Origin: Corallococcus sp. bb12-1
GTDB lineage: Bacteria; Myxococcota; Myxococcia; Myxococcales; Myxococcaceae
Assembly (NCBI RefSeq): GCF_026626765.1
Contig: NZ_JAPNJZ010000012.1
Location: 269,012-314,348 of the forward strand
Length of the DNA stretch: 45,337 nt
Direction: 5' to 3'
Part shown: positions 8,934 through 18,764 of the stretch, in pieces
Layout: each line of letters opens with the position of its first letter
Position numbering within the stretch: the first letter of the stretch is position 1
Notes under the pieces: generated by a model
Database searches by the model: none
What the model was told of the DNA's origin: nothing
Seen by the model: the letters and a program-made list of their open reading frames with translations, nothing else
Made by a program: the position numbers and the translations under genes

Positions 8934-10369
8934 ACGCCATTCCAGAGGCGGTTCCCACAGCCGACGCCGGGGAGCGGCTGACCGCGCTGGTGCTGTCGCG
9001 CGTGCGCGCCGGGGCGGTGGTGTGCCTGGTGGGCGGGTCCACACCGCTGGCGGCGGCGCTGCGCACTCACGGGTGTGACGTGCGCGAGCAGCCCGGACCG
9101 GGGTGGACGCGGCCCGAGGGCGCCGAACCGTCCCACGTGGTGCTCACCGGTGACGCCGTGGCGCACGTGCTGACCGGCGGGCTGGAGGTGCTGCGGCAGG
9201 AGGCCCCCCGGGCCGAGGTGCTGTTCCAACTGCGCAACGCGGGCGCGGCCCGTGCGCTGCTGGAGACGTGGCTTGGCACCGCGCCCGTGCGCGCCGGCAT
9301 TTCGGAGCAGGGGATGCTGCGGCGGCTGTCCGACGCGGGCTATCGCATCGCCCACCGGGAGGTCCTGCCCTGCGCGTCGAGGTCCACCCCCCTGGCGGAG
9401 GACACCGAACAGGCGCTGCGGGCGTTGCTGGCCCAGCTCTCTCCGTCCACGCAGGTGGAGGAGGGCCTCTACGCCGTCGTCCCGGAGGCGCCCGCGCGGG
9501 CGCTTGAACCGGGGCTGCTGAGCGTCGTGCTCGTGCATGACCCGCGCGCCTCCGCCGCGACGCTGGATGAAGCCCTCTTCGCGTTGGCGTGTCAGGAGCA
9601 GCAGCCGCTGGAGCTCCTGCTCGCGGTGCCAGAGGGCGGTGAGCTGTCCGCCGCCGAAGCCTCGCTGCGGCGCTACGCGACGCTGGGCACCTTCCAGCCG
9701 CGCATGGTGCGTGCTCCGGCGGGCGACCTGCATGCGGAGGCCTTCCGTCAGGCCCGGGGCCAGTACCTGGCGCTCCTGGATGCCCGGTGCCTGGTGTATC
9801 CGCGCCACTACACACGGCTCGTCCATGCGCTCCAGGAGGGCAGCGCGGCCTGGGCGGTGGCCCGCTCCTTCCGCACCGAATGGGCGTCCGGTTCCGGGGC
9901 CATGCCCTATGTTCGCGCGAAGGTGCCGTTTCCGCTGGGTGAGCAGTTGGAGGTGCAGCACTTCGCGACCCATCCGGAGCTCATCCACGCGCTGGTCATC
10001 GACCGGACGCGGATCGGTCCCTTCCCGCTGACCGGGGTGGGGCAGGGTGGAGGGGTCGGGGACCTGGCGGTGCGGCTGGGTGCGCTCTTCGTGCCTGTGT
10101 TCCTCGCCGGCATCGCTTCGTGTGAAGTGCGTGGGCCGTGTCTGGCTCAGGGCGTCGGTGCGGCCCCCGTCGCGTCGGACCCCTGGCTGCTGCGCCGCGT
10201 GAGCGCCTGGACCGGCGCGGTCGGGCAGGCCCGCGAGGAGGCTCTGCTGGCGCGTGAGTTCCGCCACCGCCTCGTGGATGGGGTGAATGCGCGCCTTCAC
10301 GCCATCCCCTGGGTCCACGACACGCTGCGGGCGCTGGCGGACCGGCTCAAGCTCGACCGCAACTCCTGA
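8930..10369 (+). CDS. Hypothetical protein. N-terminal Rossmann-like region plus a C-terminal GT-A-like region with a degenerate DxD (LLDAR).
   Basis: GTG start overlapping the previous stop. 479 aa, no clear family match from inspection. The pattern hydrophobic-LALLDARCLVYPRHY resembles a GT-A DxD strand but lacks the second Asp. Confidence 0.5.
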   Translation: MNAIPEAVPTADAGERLTALVLSRVRAGAVVCLVGGSTPLAAALRTHGCDVREQPGPGWTRPEGAEPSHVVLTGDAVAHVLTGGLEVLRQEAPRAEVLFQLRNAGAARALLETWLGTAPVRAGISEQGMLRRLSDAGYRIAHREVLPCASRSTPLAEDTEQALRALLAQLSPSTQVEEGLYAVVPEAPARALEPGLLSVVLVHDPRASAATLDEALFALACQEQQPLELLLAVPEGGELSAAEASLRRYATLGTFQPRMVRAPAGDLHAEAFRQARGQYLALLDARCLVYPRHYTRLVHALQEGSAAWAVARSFRTEWASGSGAMPYVRAKVPFPLGEQLEVQHFATHPELIHALVIDRTRIGPFPLTGVGQGGGVGDLAVRLGALFVPVFLAGIASCEVRGPCLAQGVGAAPVASDPWLLRRVSAWTGAVGQAREEALLAREFRHRLVDGVNARLHAIPWVHDTLRALADRLKLDRNS

Positions 10370-10376
10370 GCCGGCC

Positions 10377-12650
10377 ATGAACCACTCCACCCACAGTGGG
10401 GGGCTTCCGCCGCCGCTCGACGCCTTCACGCAGGTGCTGGGCTTCGATGTGCCCCCGTCCCATCGGGCTCGCTGGGGCCCGGCCATCACCACCGCGAAGC
10501 GCCTGGGCACGGTGGGGCTCGGGCCCGTGCAGCGGCTGCTGCTTGCGCGTCAGGTCGGCTTCAACGGACTGCTGGCATCGCTCCTGCGGCACCCGGAGCG
10601 GACGCTGCCGGAGCGCGTGCGGAGGGAACTCGCACCGCTCGCGGAGCCTTTGCCGCTGGGCGCCCGGGCGACGTGGCTGCCGGCGGCGCCGGGCCTGCGC
10701 GAGCAGCGGGCCTGGAACGAGGCCCTCGTGGCGTTGCTGTCCGGGACGGAATGGCCCCTGCGGACCGACGGTGTGCGCGGGCCCCTGGAGGCCCTGGAAG
10801 CCCGCAGTGACGTGCTGGCGATGCAGGCCCCGGGGACCGTGGGGCTTCCGTTGTGGCGCGAGGTGTGGCGTCGGCAGATTGGCTTCAACCATGCCTGTGT
10901 CCGGACCTTGCGGCACATGCTGGGCGCGGCCCGTCCCGTCCTGGTGATGCCAGCGCCAGAGGCCTACGCGCGCGTTGCCCGCGAACAGGAGACACGTGAC
11001 ATCAGGGCCGCGACCGTCGCGCTCGAACGGCTGACACGGCGGCCCCTCTTCAGCATCGTCACGCCCGCATGGGAGACGCCGCTCGATGTGCTCCAGGCGT
11101 GCGTCGCGTCCGTGACGGCGCAGGTCTATCCGCACTGGGAGCTGTGCATCGTGGACGATGGCTCGCGGGGTGGGGATGTCGCCGCCGCGCTGCGACAGCT
11201 CGCCGCCGGGGATGCGCGCATCCGCTTCGAACGGCTGCCGGAGAACCAGGGCATCGCTCGCGCGACGAACGCCGCGCTGGCCATGGCCACGGGGGAGTAC
11301 GTCGGGTTCCTCGACCATGATGATCTGCTGGCCCCGCATGCGCTGGCGGAGGTGGCGCTGCGCCTGGCGTCCGCTCCCGACACGGAGGTCCTCTACTCGG
11401 ACGAGGACAAGGTGGATTCGGAGGGCCAGCGCTTCGCGCCCTACCTGAAGCCGGAGCTGTCGCCGGAGCTGCTGCGCGCGGTGAACTACGTGTGCCACTT
11501 CCTGGTGGTGCGCACGTCGCTGCTTCGCGAGGTTGGCGGCATCCGGCAGGGGTTCGAAGGCGCGCAGGACCATGAGCTGCTGCTGCGCCTGATGGAGCGC
11601 ACGAGACGCTTCGCCCACATTCCGAAGGTGCTCTACCACTGGCGCACGTTGCCCGGCTCCACCGCCACCGATGCCAGCGCCAAGCCCGCCGCGTCCGAGG
11701 CCGGTCGCCGCGCCGTGACGGCGCACCTCGAGCGGGTGGGGGAGACCGCGACGGTCGAGACCGCCGCGCCGGGGCTGTACCGGATCCGCCGTCCGATTGC
11801 GCATCGCCCACGCGTGTCCGTGCTGTTGTCGCGTGAGAGCACCGAGGCCGAACTCTCATCGCTGCTCGCCCTGACGGACAGCCTGGACGTGGAAGTGCTC
11901 GTGCCTGTCTCCGAGGGAGACGGGCCGGGGCGTTCATCGACGGATGCGCGGGCCTTGATGGATGCCGAGCTGACGCTCGACAGCGTGGACGTTTCGTCGT
12001 CGGTCGGTTCCTCCGCGAAGGTCGTGCGCATCTCGGTGGCTGATGCGCTGACTCCCGGCGCCGTGGCGAACAGGCTGCTGCGTGCATCGAGCGGGGAGCT
12101 GGTGCTGAGCCTGGAAGCCGGGACGCTGCCGACCGAACCGGGTTGGCTCGCGGAGCTGGCTTCACAGGCCCTGCGGCCCGACGTGGGCGTGGTGGGCGCG
12201 CGGATCCTTTCCCCTGGCGGGCACGTGCTGCACGCGGGCCTGTGCTTCGGCTCGGAGGGCCAGATGCTGCGGCCCTTCGCGGGGCTGCCGGATCCGTCGC
12301 TCCGGGACTTCGGCGGTTCGCACTGGCCGCGAGACCTGCTGGCCGTCTCCTGTGCCTGCGCGATGATCCGTCGCGACGTGCTGGAGTCCCTGAGCGGATG
12401 GGACGAGACCTTCATGTCGGAGGAGGCCCGGGGCGCGGAGCTGTGCTTGCGCGTGGGCGCTCGGGGCCTTCGCGTGCTGTACACCCCTCACGCGCGACTC
12501 GTGAGGACCCATGCGCGGGGTGGTGGCGACGACGCACGAGATGCCCTCCGACTGCGCGAGGCCTGGGCGCGTCACCCTCGCACCCCGCGAGGGGACCCCT
12601 TTGGCCATCCGTGCTTCGAACCGTCGGATGCGGAAGGAACGGGCCGATGA
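10377..12650 (+). CDS. Two-domain family 2 glycosyltransferase (O-antigen glycosyltransferase, rfbC/wbgA-like).
   Basis: GT2 domain FSIVTPAWETP...YPHWELCIVDDGS...FLDHDDLL...YSDEDK...QDHEL. A second GT2-like half follows (DVGVVGARILSPGGHVLHAGLCFG). 757 aa. Confidence 0.75.
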   Translation: MNHSTHSGGLPPPLDAFTQVLGFDVPPSHRARWGPAITTAKRLGTVGLGPVQRLLLARQVGFNGLLASLLRHPERTLPERVRRELAPLAEPLPLGARATWLPAAPGLREQRAWNEALVALLSGTEWPLRTDGVRGPLEALEARSDVLAMQAPGTVGLPLWREVWRRQIGFNHACVRTLRHMLGAARPVLVMPAPEAYARVAREQETRDIRAATVALERLTRRPLFSIVTPAWETPLDVLQACVASVTAQVYPHWELCIVDDGSRGGDVAAALRQLAAGDARIRFERLPENQGIARATNAALAMATGEYVGFLDHDDLLAPHALAEVALRLASAPDTEVLYSDEDKVDSEGQRFAPYLKPELSPELLRAVNYVCHFLVVRTSLLREVGGIRQGFEGAQDHELLLRLMERTRRFAHIPKVLYHWRTLPGSTATDASAKPAASEAGRRAVTAHLERVGETATVETAAPGLYRIRRPIAHRPRVSVLLSRESTEAELSSLLALTDSLDVEVLVPVSEGDGPGRSSTDARALMDAELTLDSVDVSSSVGSSAKVVRISVADALTPGAVANRLLRASSGELVLSLEAGTLPTEPGWLAELASQALRPDVGVVGARILSPGGHVLHAGLCFGSEGQMLRPFAGLPDPSLRDFGGSHWPRDLLAVSCACAMIRRDVLESLSGWDETFMSEEARGAELCLRVGARGLRVLYTPHARLVRTHARGGGDDARDALRLREAWARHPRTPRGDPFGHPCFEPSDAEGTGR

Positions 12651-14890
12651 GCGAAGTGCCTGAAGGCCGGCGCCAGAAGCTGGCCCGCCTGACGCGGGAT
12701 GCGGCCCACGAAGTGCGCATGGGCCTGACGCGGCCCATCGTCCACCTGTGGCCCGAGCCAGCCACGGGAGTGACCGCCGACAGCGGAGGCCCCTTCGAAT
12801 GGCACGCCGACGGCGCCGGTGCCCTCCTGGTCCTCACGTCCGACGCGGCACCGCTGCCCACGGGCTGGACGGAGCTCTCCTTCCGACTCCGCACCGAAGC
12901 CCCTGGCGCCGCATCGCCCGTGCTCGTCGTGGACACGGGCGTCGCGGGGGCTGAACAGAGCATCCGGCTTCCGCTGGATGCCCACGGTCGTGCTCGCGTC
13001 CTCGTGCGACTTCCGGAGGCCGTGCTCGCGCTGCGCCTGGGCCCGGTCAGCCGCGCCACGCGCTTCCGCCTCACCGATGTCCGTGCCGTACGCGTGGGCC
13101 GGACAGAGGCCGCGCTGCGCACCTCCTGGCCCCTGGCCCTACGACTCGCGCGGGAGCCCCAGCGCATTCCCCAGGTGGCCCGGCGCTACCTGGGCGCCCT
13201 GCGCACCGGGGGACTCCAGGGCGTGGACGGGGTGCTGGGCCAGAAGTCCCAGGGCACGCTCTCGCTCGAAAGCTACGACGACTGGGTGGCGCAGTACGAC
13301 ACGCTCACCGACGCGGACCGCGAGTCCCTGCGCCGCACGGTGGAGGCCCTGCCCTGGAAGCCAAGGGTGTCCGTGCTGATGCCCACCTACGACACGCCGG
13401 AGGTCTGGCTTCGGCGGGCCATCGACTCCGTGCGCGCGCAGCTCTATCCCCACTGGGAGCTGTGCATCGCGGACGACGCCTCCCGTCAGCCCCACGTGCG
13501 CGCCGTGCTGGAGGACTATGCCCGGCGCGATGCTCGCATCCGCTACGTCGTCCGGCCCGCCAACGGGCACATCTCCGCGGCCTCCAACTCCGCGCTGGAG
13601 CTGGCCAACGGCGAGTTCATCGCGCTCCTCGACCACGACGACGAACTCACCGAGGATGCCCTGGTCCGGGTGGTGGAAGTCCTCAACGCGCACCCCGACG
13701 CGGACGTCGTCTACAGCGACGAGGACAAGATCGAACCCCAGGGTCGCCGGTTCGATCCGTACTTCAAGCCCGCGTTCAACCTGGACCTGTTCCGCACCCA
13801 GAACCTCATCAGCCATCTGGGTGTCTACCGCACGGAGCGCGTGCGCGAGGTGGGCGGCTTCCGCGTGGGCTTCGAAGGCAGTCAGGACCACGACCTGGCC
13901 CTGCGCGTGGTGGAGCGCACCCCGCCCGAACGCATCCAGCACGTCCCGCGCGTGCTCTACCACTGGCGCGCCATCCCCGGTTCCACCGCGCTGGACGTGG
14001 GGGAGAAGGGCTACGCCAGCACCGCCGCGCGCAGGGCGCTCCAGGAGCACCTGGACCGGACGGAGCCCGGTGCGCGCATCGAGCCGGGACCCAACGCCTC
14101 GCTCCACCGCGTCCGCCATCCGCTGCCCACACCCCGGCCCCGCGTCACCGTCATCCTCCAGGCCCGGACCGCCTCCGAGGCCACGGCCCGTCTGGACGCC
14201 TGGCGGGCCACGGCGGACGGGTGGGACGTGGACTGGCGCGTGGCCTCGGGAAGTCCCGAACGGGTCTCCGCGTCCGCCAACGAAGCCGCGCGCGACGCCC
14301 CTGGCGAGGTGCTCGTCTTCCTCGACGCGGACCTGTCTCCGGACAGCGAGGACTGGCTCGCGGAGCTGGTATCGCAGGCCCTGCGGCCGGAGGTGGGCGC
14401 GGTGGGCGCGAAGCTGTTCGCGCCGGATGGCCGCGTCGAACACGCGGGCTTCGTGCTGGGCATGGGCGCGGACGGCGTCGCCGGAGGTCCGTACCGGGGC
14501 CTGTCCCGCGAATCCACCGGCCATGTCGGCCGCGCGGCGGTGCAGCAGCGGGTGTCCGCGGTGAGCGCGGCGTGTCTCGCCGTGCGACGGAGCGTCTTCG
14601 AGCGCGTGGGCGGCTTCGACGCGGGCGTCCTGCCCGGTCCCTGGCGTGACGTGGACCTGTGTCTGCGGCTCGCGGCGCACGGTCTGATGACCGTCTGGAC
14701 GCCGCACGCGGTGTTGATCCACGCCACCGTCCCCGCGTCACCTGAAGCAGACCTGCTGTCCTCCTCGGCGGCCACCGTGTTCAAGGCACGGTGGAAAGAA
14801 ACAGTGGACGACGACCCCTTCCACAGCCCCAACCACGCACTGGGAAACGGCCCCCTGCGCTTCGCCTGGCCCCCGCGTCCGGTGCGTTGA
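12647..14890 (+). CDS. Two-domain family 2 glycosyltransferase, tandem paralog of the preceding gene.
   Basis: ATG overlaps the previous stop (ATGA). Same motif series (VSVLMPTYDTP, YPHWELCIADDAS, LLDHDDEL, YSDEDKIEPQGRRFDPYFKP, QDHDLALR, second half VGAVGAKLFAPDGRVEHAGFVLG). Confidence 0.75.
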   Translation: MSEVPEGRRQKLARLTRDAAHEVRMGLTRPIVHLWPEPATGVTADSGGPFEWHADGAGALLVLTSDAAPLPTGWTELSFRLRTEAPGAASPVLVVDTGVAGAEQSIRLPLDAHGRARVLVRLPEAVLALRLGPVSRATRFRLTDVRAVRVGRTEAALRTSWPLALRLAREPQRIPQVARRYLGALRTGGLQGVDGVLGQKSQGTLSLESYDDWVAQYDTLTDADRESLRRTVEALPWKPRVSVLMPTYDTPEVWLRRAIDSVRAQLYPHWELCIADDASRQPHVRAVLEDYARRDARIRYVVRPANGHISAASNSALELANGEFIALLDHDDELTEDALVRVVEVLNAHPDADVVYSDEDKIEPQGRRFDPYFKPAFNLDLFRTQNLISHLGVYRTERVREVGGFRVGFEGSQDHDLALRVVERTPPERIQHVPRVLYHWRAIPGSTALDVGEKGYASTAARRALQEHLDRTEPGARIEPGPNASLHRVRHPLPTPRPRVTVILQARTASEATARLDAWRATADGWDVDWRVASGSPERVSASANEAARDAPGEVLVFLDADLSPDSEDWLAELVSQALRPEVGAVGAKLFAPDGRVEHAGFVLGMGADGVAGGPYRGLSRESTGHVGRAAVQQRVSAVSAACLAVRRSVFERVGGFDAGVLPGPWRDVDLCLRLAAHGLMTVWTPHAVLIHATVPASPEADLLSSSAATVFKARWKETVDDDPFHSPNHALGNGPLRFAWPPRPVR

Positions 14891-14892
14891 TT

Positions 14893-14941
14893 CGCTCGCT
14901 GGAGAAAGCCGCATGAGGGGTTCCCTCCCTGGAGAGCGAGC
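14893..14941 (+). other. Stem-loop (8-bp outer stem cgctcgct/agcgagcg) just downstream of the glycosyltransferase stop. Possible terminator/attenuator in the ~200-nt leader of the next gene.
   Basis: cgctcgctggagaaagccgcatgaggggttccctccctggagagcgagcg. An inner ggag/ctcc pairing is possible. No U-tract. Confidence 0.3.
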
Positions 14942-15095
14942 GGCCTGCCAGTCTTGACGCTCCCCAGGTGTGGTGACATGGAAGGGCGTTCACCATTGGG
15001 CAGGCGCCTGTTTGAAACTCCGCCTCCCGCGCCAACGCCTGGAGAGGGGGGCGTGCCTTCCATTCGCGAAGGCCGCGCCTTCCGGCACCACGACC

Positions 15096-18000
15096 ATGCA
15101 CCCACTGCTCAATCCCCTGGAACATCCTCTCAGCCTGACGCTCCCGAAGCGGCTGCTGGCCTCCTCCGCGTGGGTGGAGCACGTCCCGTTCGCGATGTTC
15201 ATCGTGGACGTGCTCCGGCCCGGGACACTGGTGGAGCTGGGGACGCACACCGGGGTGTCGTACTCCGCGTTCTGCCAGACGGTGGACGCGCTGAAGCTGG
15301 AGACCCGCTGCCACGCGGTGGACACGTGGCAGGGGGACCCGCATGCCGGGTACTACGGTCCGGACGTGCTCGCGGACCTGCGCGCGCACCATGACCCGCT
15401 CTACAGCGGGTTCTCGCAGCTGCACCAGAAGACCTTCTCCGAGGCCGCCGACTCCTTCGCGGACGGCTCCATCGACCTGCTCCACATCGACGGCTGCCAC
15501 GAGTACGAGCAGGTGAAGGCGGACTTCGAACAGTGGCTGCCCCGGATGAGCCCGCGCGGCGTCATCCTCTTCCACGACACCCGGGTGCGGGAGCGCAACT
15601 TCGGCGTCTGGCGGCTGTGGGAGGAGATTGAAGGCCGCTACCCCTCCTTCGAGTTCTTCCATGGCCACGGCCTGGGCGTCCTCGCCGTGGGGCCGGAGCA
15701 GCCGGAGGGCCTGCGCGCGCTGGTGGAGACGCGGGGCGAGGACCGGGAGCGCGTGAAGTCGGTCTTCGCCGCCCTGGGCGCGCGGCTGTCGCTCCTCCTG
15801 GAGGGCCAGACCCTGAGGACGGAGTACGGCCGGGTGAGCCAGCAGGTCGCGGAGGGTGCGCAGCGGATGGCGCGGCTCCAGGCGGAGCTGGAGGCCTCCA
15901 ACCAGCGGGCGCATGGCGCCGCCGCCGACCTGCGGGAACAGCAGGGGCGGCTCGCGAGGATGGGCCTGTCCCAGCAGATGCTGCAGGAGGAATTGGCGCG
16001 CAAGAACGCGCGCCTCGCGGAGCTCGACGCGCTGGCGTCGCACCAGGGAAGCCAGCTGGCGCACATCTCCGGAAGCCTCGCCTGGAAGACCATCAACCGG
16101 TACTGGTCCGTGCGCGAGCGCGTGCTGCCTCCTGGTACCCGGCGCGGCAACCTCTACCAGCGCGGCAAGCGGACGCTGCACTTCGTGGGCGCGAAGCTGG
16201 TGAAGCTGCCCACCGCGCGCCGCACGGCCCGCGCACTCAAGAGCGCCGCGTCCACGGCCGTCGTCCCGGCGCACGCCATGCCCCCGGTCCCCTCGGCACC
16301 CCCGGCACCCTGGACCCTGCCGCTGACGGAGCGCTCGCAGGCGAGCATGGGCCGGCGCGTCCTCATCATCGCGGAGCTGTCGCTGCCGCAGTGCAAGCGC
16401 TACCGCGTGGACCAGAAGGTCGCGATGTTCCACCGGCTCGGCTACGACGTCACCGTCCTGCGCTGGAACGACCACACCGACTGCAAGACGGCGCTCCAGT
16501 TCCACGGCCTGGTCATCTTCTACCGGGTCCCGGCGTTTCCCTCCGTCGTGGAGGTCATGGAGGAGACGAAGCGCCTGGGCATTCCCCACTTCTTCGACGT
16601 CGACGACCTCATCTTCGACGTGGAGGAGTACCAGCGGAACACCAACGTGCAGGCGCTGCCCCAGGCCGAGCGCGATCTGCTGCTCAACGGCGCCAGGCTC
16701 TACCGCAAGGCGCTCAGCCTGTGCGAACACGCCATCGCCAGCACGCCGACCATCGCGGAGCACATGGCCCGCGTCGTTCCGGGGAAGGTCTACGTCGTCG
16801 AGAACTGCCTGGACGACGGCATCCTGGCGCTGGCCCGGGAGATGGAGCAGCGGCCGTTCTCGGTGGCTCCGGGCACGGTCACCATCGGCTACGGCAGCGG
16901 CACCAAGACGCACGATGCCGACTTCACCATCGCGGCGGACGCCATCCTCGCGGTGATGGAGCGCCACGCGAATGTGCGCCTGGCCATCCACGGCTTCCTG
17001 GAGCTGCCCAAGGGATTCGAGCGCGTCTCCGACCGCGTCTTCCGCATCCCGTTCCTGGATGCCGAGGACTACCTGCGCGCGCTCGCGTCGTGGCAGATCA
17101 GCATCGCGCCGCTGGAGGCCACGCTCTTCAACGACGCCAAGAGCAACATCAAGTTCATCGAGGCGTCCATCTTCCGCGTGCCCGCGGTGTGCTCGGGCTC
17201 GGGTCCGTTCCGGGAGATCATCGAACACGGCCGCAACGGGATGATCGCCACGACCCGCGAGGAGTGGGAAGCGGCCCTGTCCGCGCTGGTGGCGGACGAA
17301 GGCCTGCGCAAGCGGATGGGCGAGGAAGGGCACCGCAGCGTGATGGCGCGCTACCACCCGGCGGTGGTGGCCACGGAGCGGCTCCAGCCCATCCTCCAGC
17401 ACCTGCCGCCCGCGTCTCCTCCGCGCCTGAAGGTGCTGGAGGCCAACGTCCTCTTCGCGCCCCTGAGCTTCGGCGGGGCCACGCTCGTCGCCGAACAGTT
17501 GTCGCACCGGCTCCAGGCGGAGGGCTGCGACGTCACGGTGTTCACTGGCCTCATGAACTCGCCGCTGCCACCCTACGCGGTGGTGCGCTACGAGACGCAG
17601 GGCCTGCCCGTCATCGCCACGCAGCTGCCTCACGGTGGCGACCGCGCGCTCGACTACCAGAACCCGCGCATGGGGGAGACCTTCACCCAGGTCCTCAAGG
17701 CGGTGCGGCCGGACGTGGTGCACCTGCACTCCATCCAGATGCTGAGCGCGTCGCTCGCGACGGCGTGCGTCGCCGAAGGCATCCCCTACACCATCACCCT
17801 GCACGACGCGTGGTGGCTGTGCGAGCGGCAGTTCATGGTCAAGGAGGACGCCACCTACTGCAACCAGAAGGGAATCGACCTGCGCGTCTGCTCCAAGTGC
17901 GTGGCGGACACGCGCTTCACCTTCAAGCGCACGTTCGCGCTGCGCAAGGTGCTGGATGGCGCGGCCCTGCTGCTCACGCCCAGCGAATTCCAGCGCCAGC

Positions 18001-18677
18001 TCTACATCGCCAATGGCATCGCGCCGGAGCGCATCGTCGTGAACAAGAACGGCGTGCACCTGCCGTCCCAGTCCCGGCCCGAGCGCCGCGACAAGGCACC
18101 GCTGCGCTTCGCGTACCTGGGCGGCCGCGCCGTGCACAAAGGCTACTTCTGGCTCAAGGACATCCTCGAAGCGATGCCGGAGTCCCAGTACGTCCTGAAG
18201 ATGACCGACATCCAACTGCGCATGGGCTCATCCTCCATTGATGCCAGGGATTGGAAGATCGCGGGCCGCGTGGAAGTCGTCCCGCCCTACGATCAGGAGG
18301 GGATGGATGCCTTCTTCGAAGGCATCGACGTGCTGCTCATGCCCTCCCAGTGCAAGGAGAGCTTCGGGCTGACGGTGCGCGAGGCGCTGGCCCGCGACGT
18401 CTGGGTGGTGACGACGTCGTCGGGGGGCGTCGACGAGGAGATCGTCGAGGGCGTGAATGGCAACCTCGTGGAGATGAACGACCCGGAGGGGTTCCGTCGC
18501 GCCTTGGGTGAGCTGCTGGCGCACCCGGAGCTGCTGGCGCACTACCGCAATCCCCGGCGTACCGCCGTGCGCGACTACGCGACCCAGGCCGACGAGCTTC
18601 GGGCCCTGCTGACGGCCCTCGTGAGCACGCCGGCCCGGAAGCGGGACGCGGGCCCCATCGCGGCCAGACAGTCGTGA
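15096..18677 (+). CDS. Multidomain O-antigen assembly protein: N-terminal class I SAM-dependent (sugar O-)methyltransferase domain, ~110-aa coiled-coil, and two GT4-type (GT-B) glycosyltransferase domains.
   Basis: MT domain with [15 protein letters not shown] (SAM-binding Gly-rich loop) and [13 protein letters not shown]...ILFHDT. Heptad-rich segment [15 protein letters not shown]...[19 protein letters not shown] domains with a GT-B fold ([23 protein letters not shown]; [17 protein letters not shown] with the E-x7-E motif). Start uncertain; an alternative GTG lies at 14970. Confidence 0.8.
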   Translation: MHPLLNPLEHPLSLTLPKRLLASSAWVEHVPFAMFIVDVLRPGTLVELGTHTGVSYSAFCQTVDALKLETRCHAVDTWQGDPHAGYYGPDVLADLRAHHDPLYSGFSQLHQKTFSEAADSFADGSIDLLHIDGCHEYEQVKADFEQWLPRMSPRGVILFHDTRVRERNFGVWRLWEEIEGRYPSFEFFHGHGLGVLAVGPEQPEGLRALVETRGEDRERVKSVFAALGARLSLLLEGQTLRTEYGRVSQQVAEGAQRMARLQAELEASNQRAHGAAADLREQQGRLARMGLSQQMLQEELARKNARLAELDALASHQGSQLAHISGSLAWKTINRYWSVRERVLPPGTRRGNLYQRGKRTLHFVGAKLVKLPTARRTARALKSAASTAVVPAHAMPPVPSAPPAPWTLPLTERSQASMGRRVLIIAELSLPQCKRYRVDQKVAMFHRLGYDVTVLRWNDHTDCKTALQFHGLVIFYRVPAFPSVVEVMEETKRLGIPHFFDVDDLIFDVEEYQRNTNVQALPQAERDLLLNGARLYRKALSLCEHAIASTPTIAEHMARVVPGKVYVVENCLDDGILALAREMEQRPFSVAPGTVTIGYGSGTKTHDADFTIAADAILAVMERHANVRLAIHGFLELPKGFERVSDRVFRIPFLDAEDYLRALASWQISIAPLEATLFNDAKSNIKFIEASIFRVPAVCSGSGPFREIIEHGRNGMIATTREEWEAALSALVADEGLRKRMGEEGHRSVMARYHPAVVATERLQPILQHLPPASPPRLKVLEANVLFAPLSFGGATLVAEQLSHRLQAEGCDVTVFTGLMNSPLPPYAVVRYETQGLPVIATQLPHGGDRALDYQNPRMGETFTQVLKAVRPDVVHLHSIQMLSASLATACVAEGIPYTITLHDAWWLCERQFMVKEDATYCNQKGIDLRVCSKCVADTRFTFKRTFALRKVLDGAALLLTPSEFQRQLYIANGIAPERIVVNKNGVHLPSQSRPERRDKAPLRFAYLGGRAVHKGYFWLKDILEAMPESQYVLKMTDIQLRMGSSSIDARDWKIAGRVEVVPPYDQEGMDAFFEGIDVLLMPSQCKESFGLTVREALARDVWVVTTSSGGVDEEIVEGVNGNLVEMNDPEGFRRALGELLAHPELLAHYRNPRRTAVRDYATQADELRALLTALVSTPARKRDAGPIAARQS

Positions 18678-18729
18678 CGTGAAGTCGCCGGGCCTGCTGC
18701 CCACCCGGGGGCCCGGCGCTGGAGCGGAT

Positions 18730-18753
18730 GGGGCCTGGAAGTCACCAGGCCCC
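18730..18753. terminator. GC-rich perfect hairpin between convergent genes. Candidate bidirectional terminator without a U-tract.
   Basis: ggggcctgg-aagtca-ccaggcccc (9-bp stem), in the 87-nt gap between the plus-strand fusion gene and the minus-strand DUF2142 gene. Confidence 0.3.
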
Positions 18754-18764
18754 GGAGCCGCCGC

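Noticed and set aside
5657-14890. The idea that the O-antigen locus is a tRNA-integrated mobile island.
   Set aside because: No integrase, excisionase or repeated tRNA 3' segment was seen. The downstream genes match the conserved myxobacterial rfb/wzm-wzt arrangement. Kept only as a low-interest check.
14781-18215. A 1144-aa minus-strand ORF antisense to the methyltransferase/GT fusion gene. There are similar long antisense ORFs at 22687-25641 (+), 24613-26514 (-), 41552-43669 (-), 6655-8028 (-) and 8702-10510 (-).
   Set aside because: Each is opposite a gene with clear family signatures. They lack motifs and have a biased Arg/Gly/Pro/Ala composition. High GC suppresses stop codons in non-coding frames.
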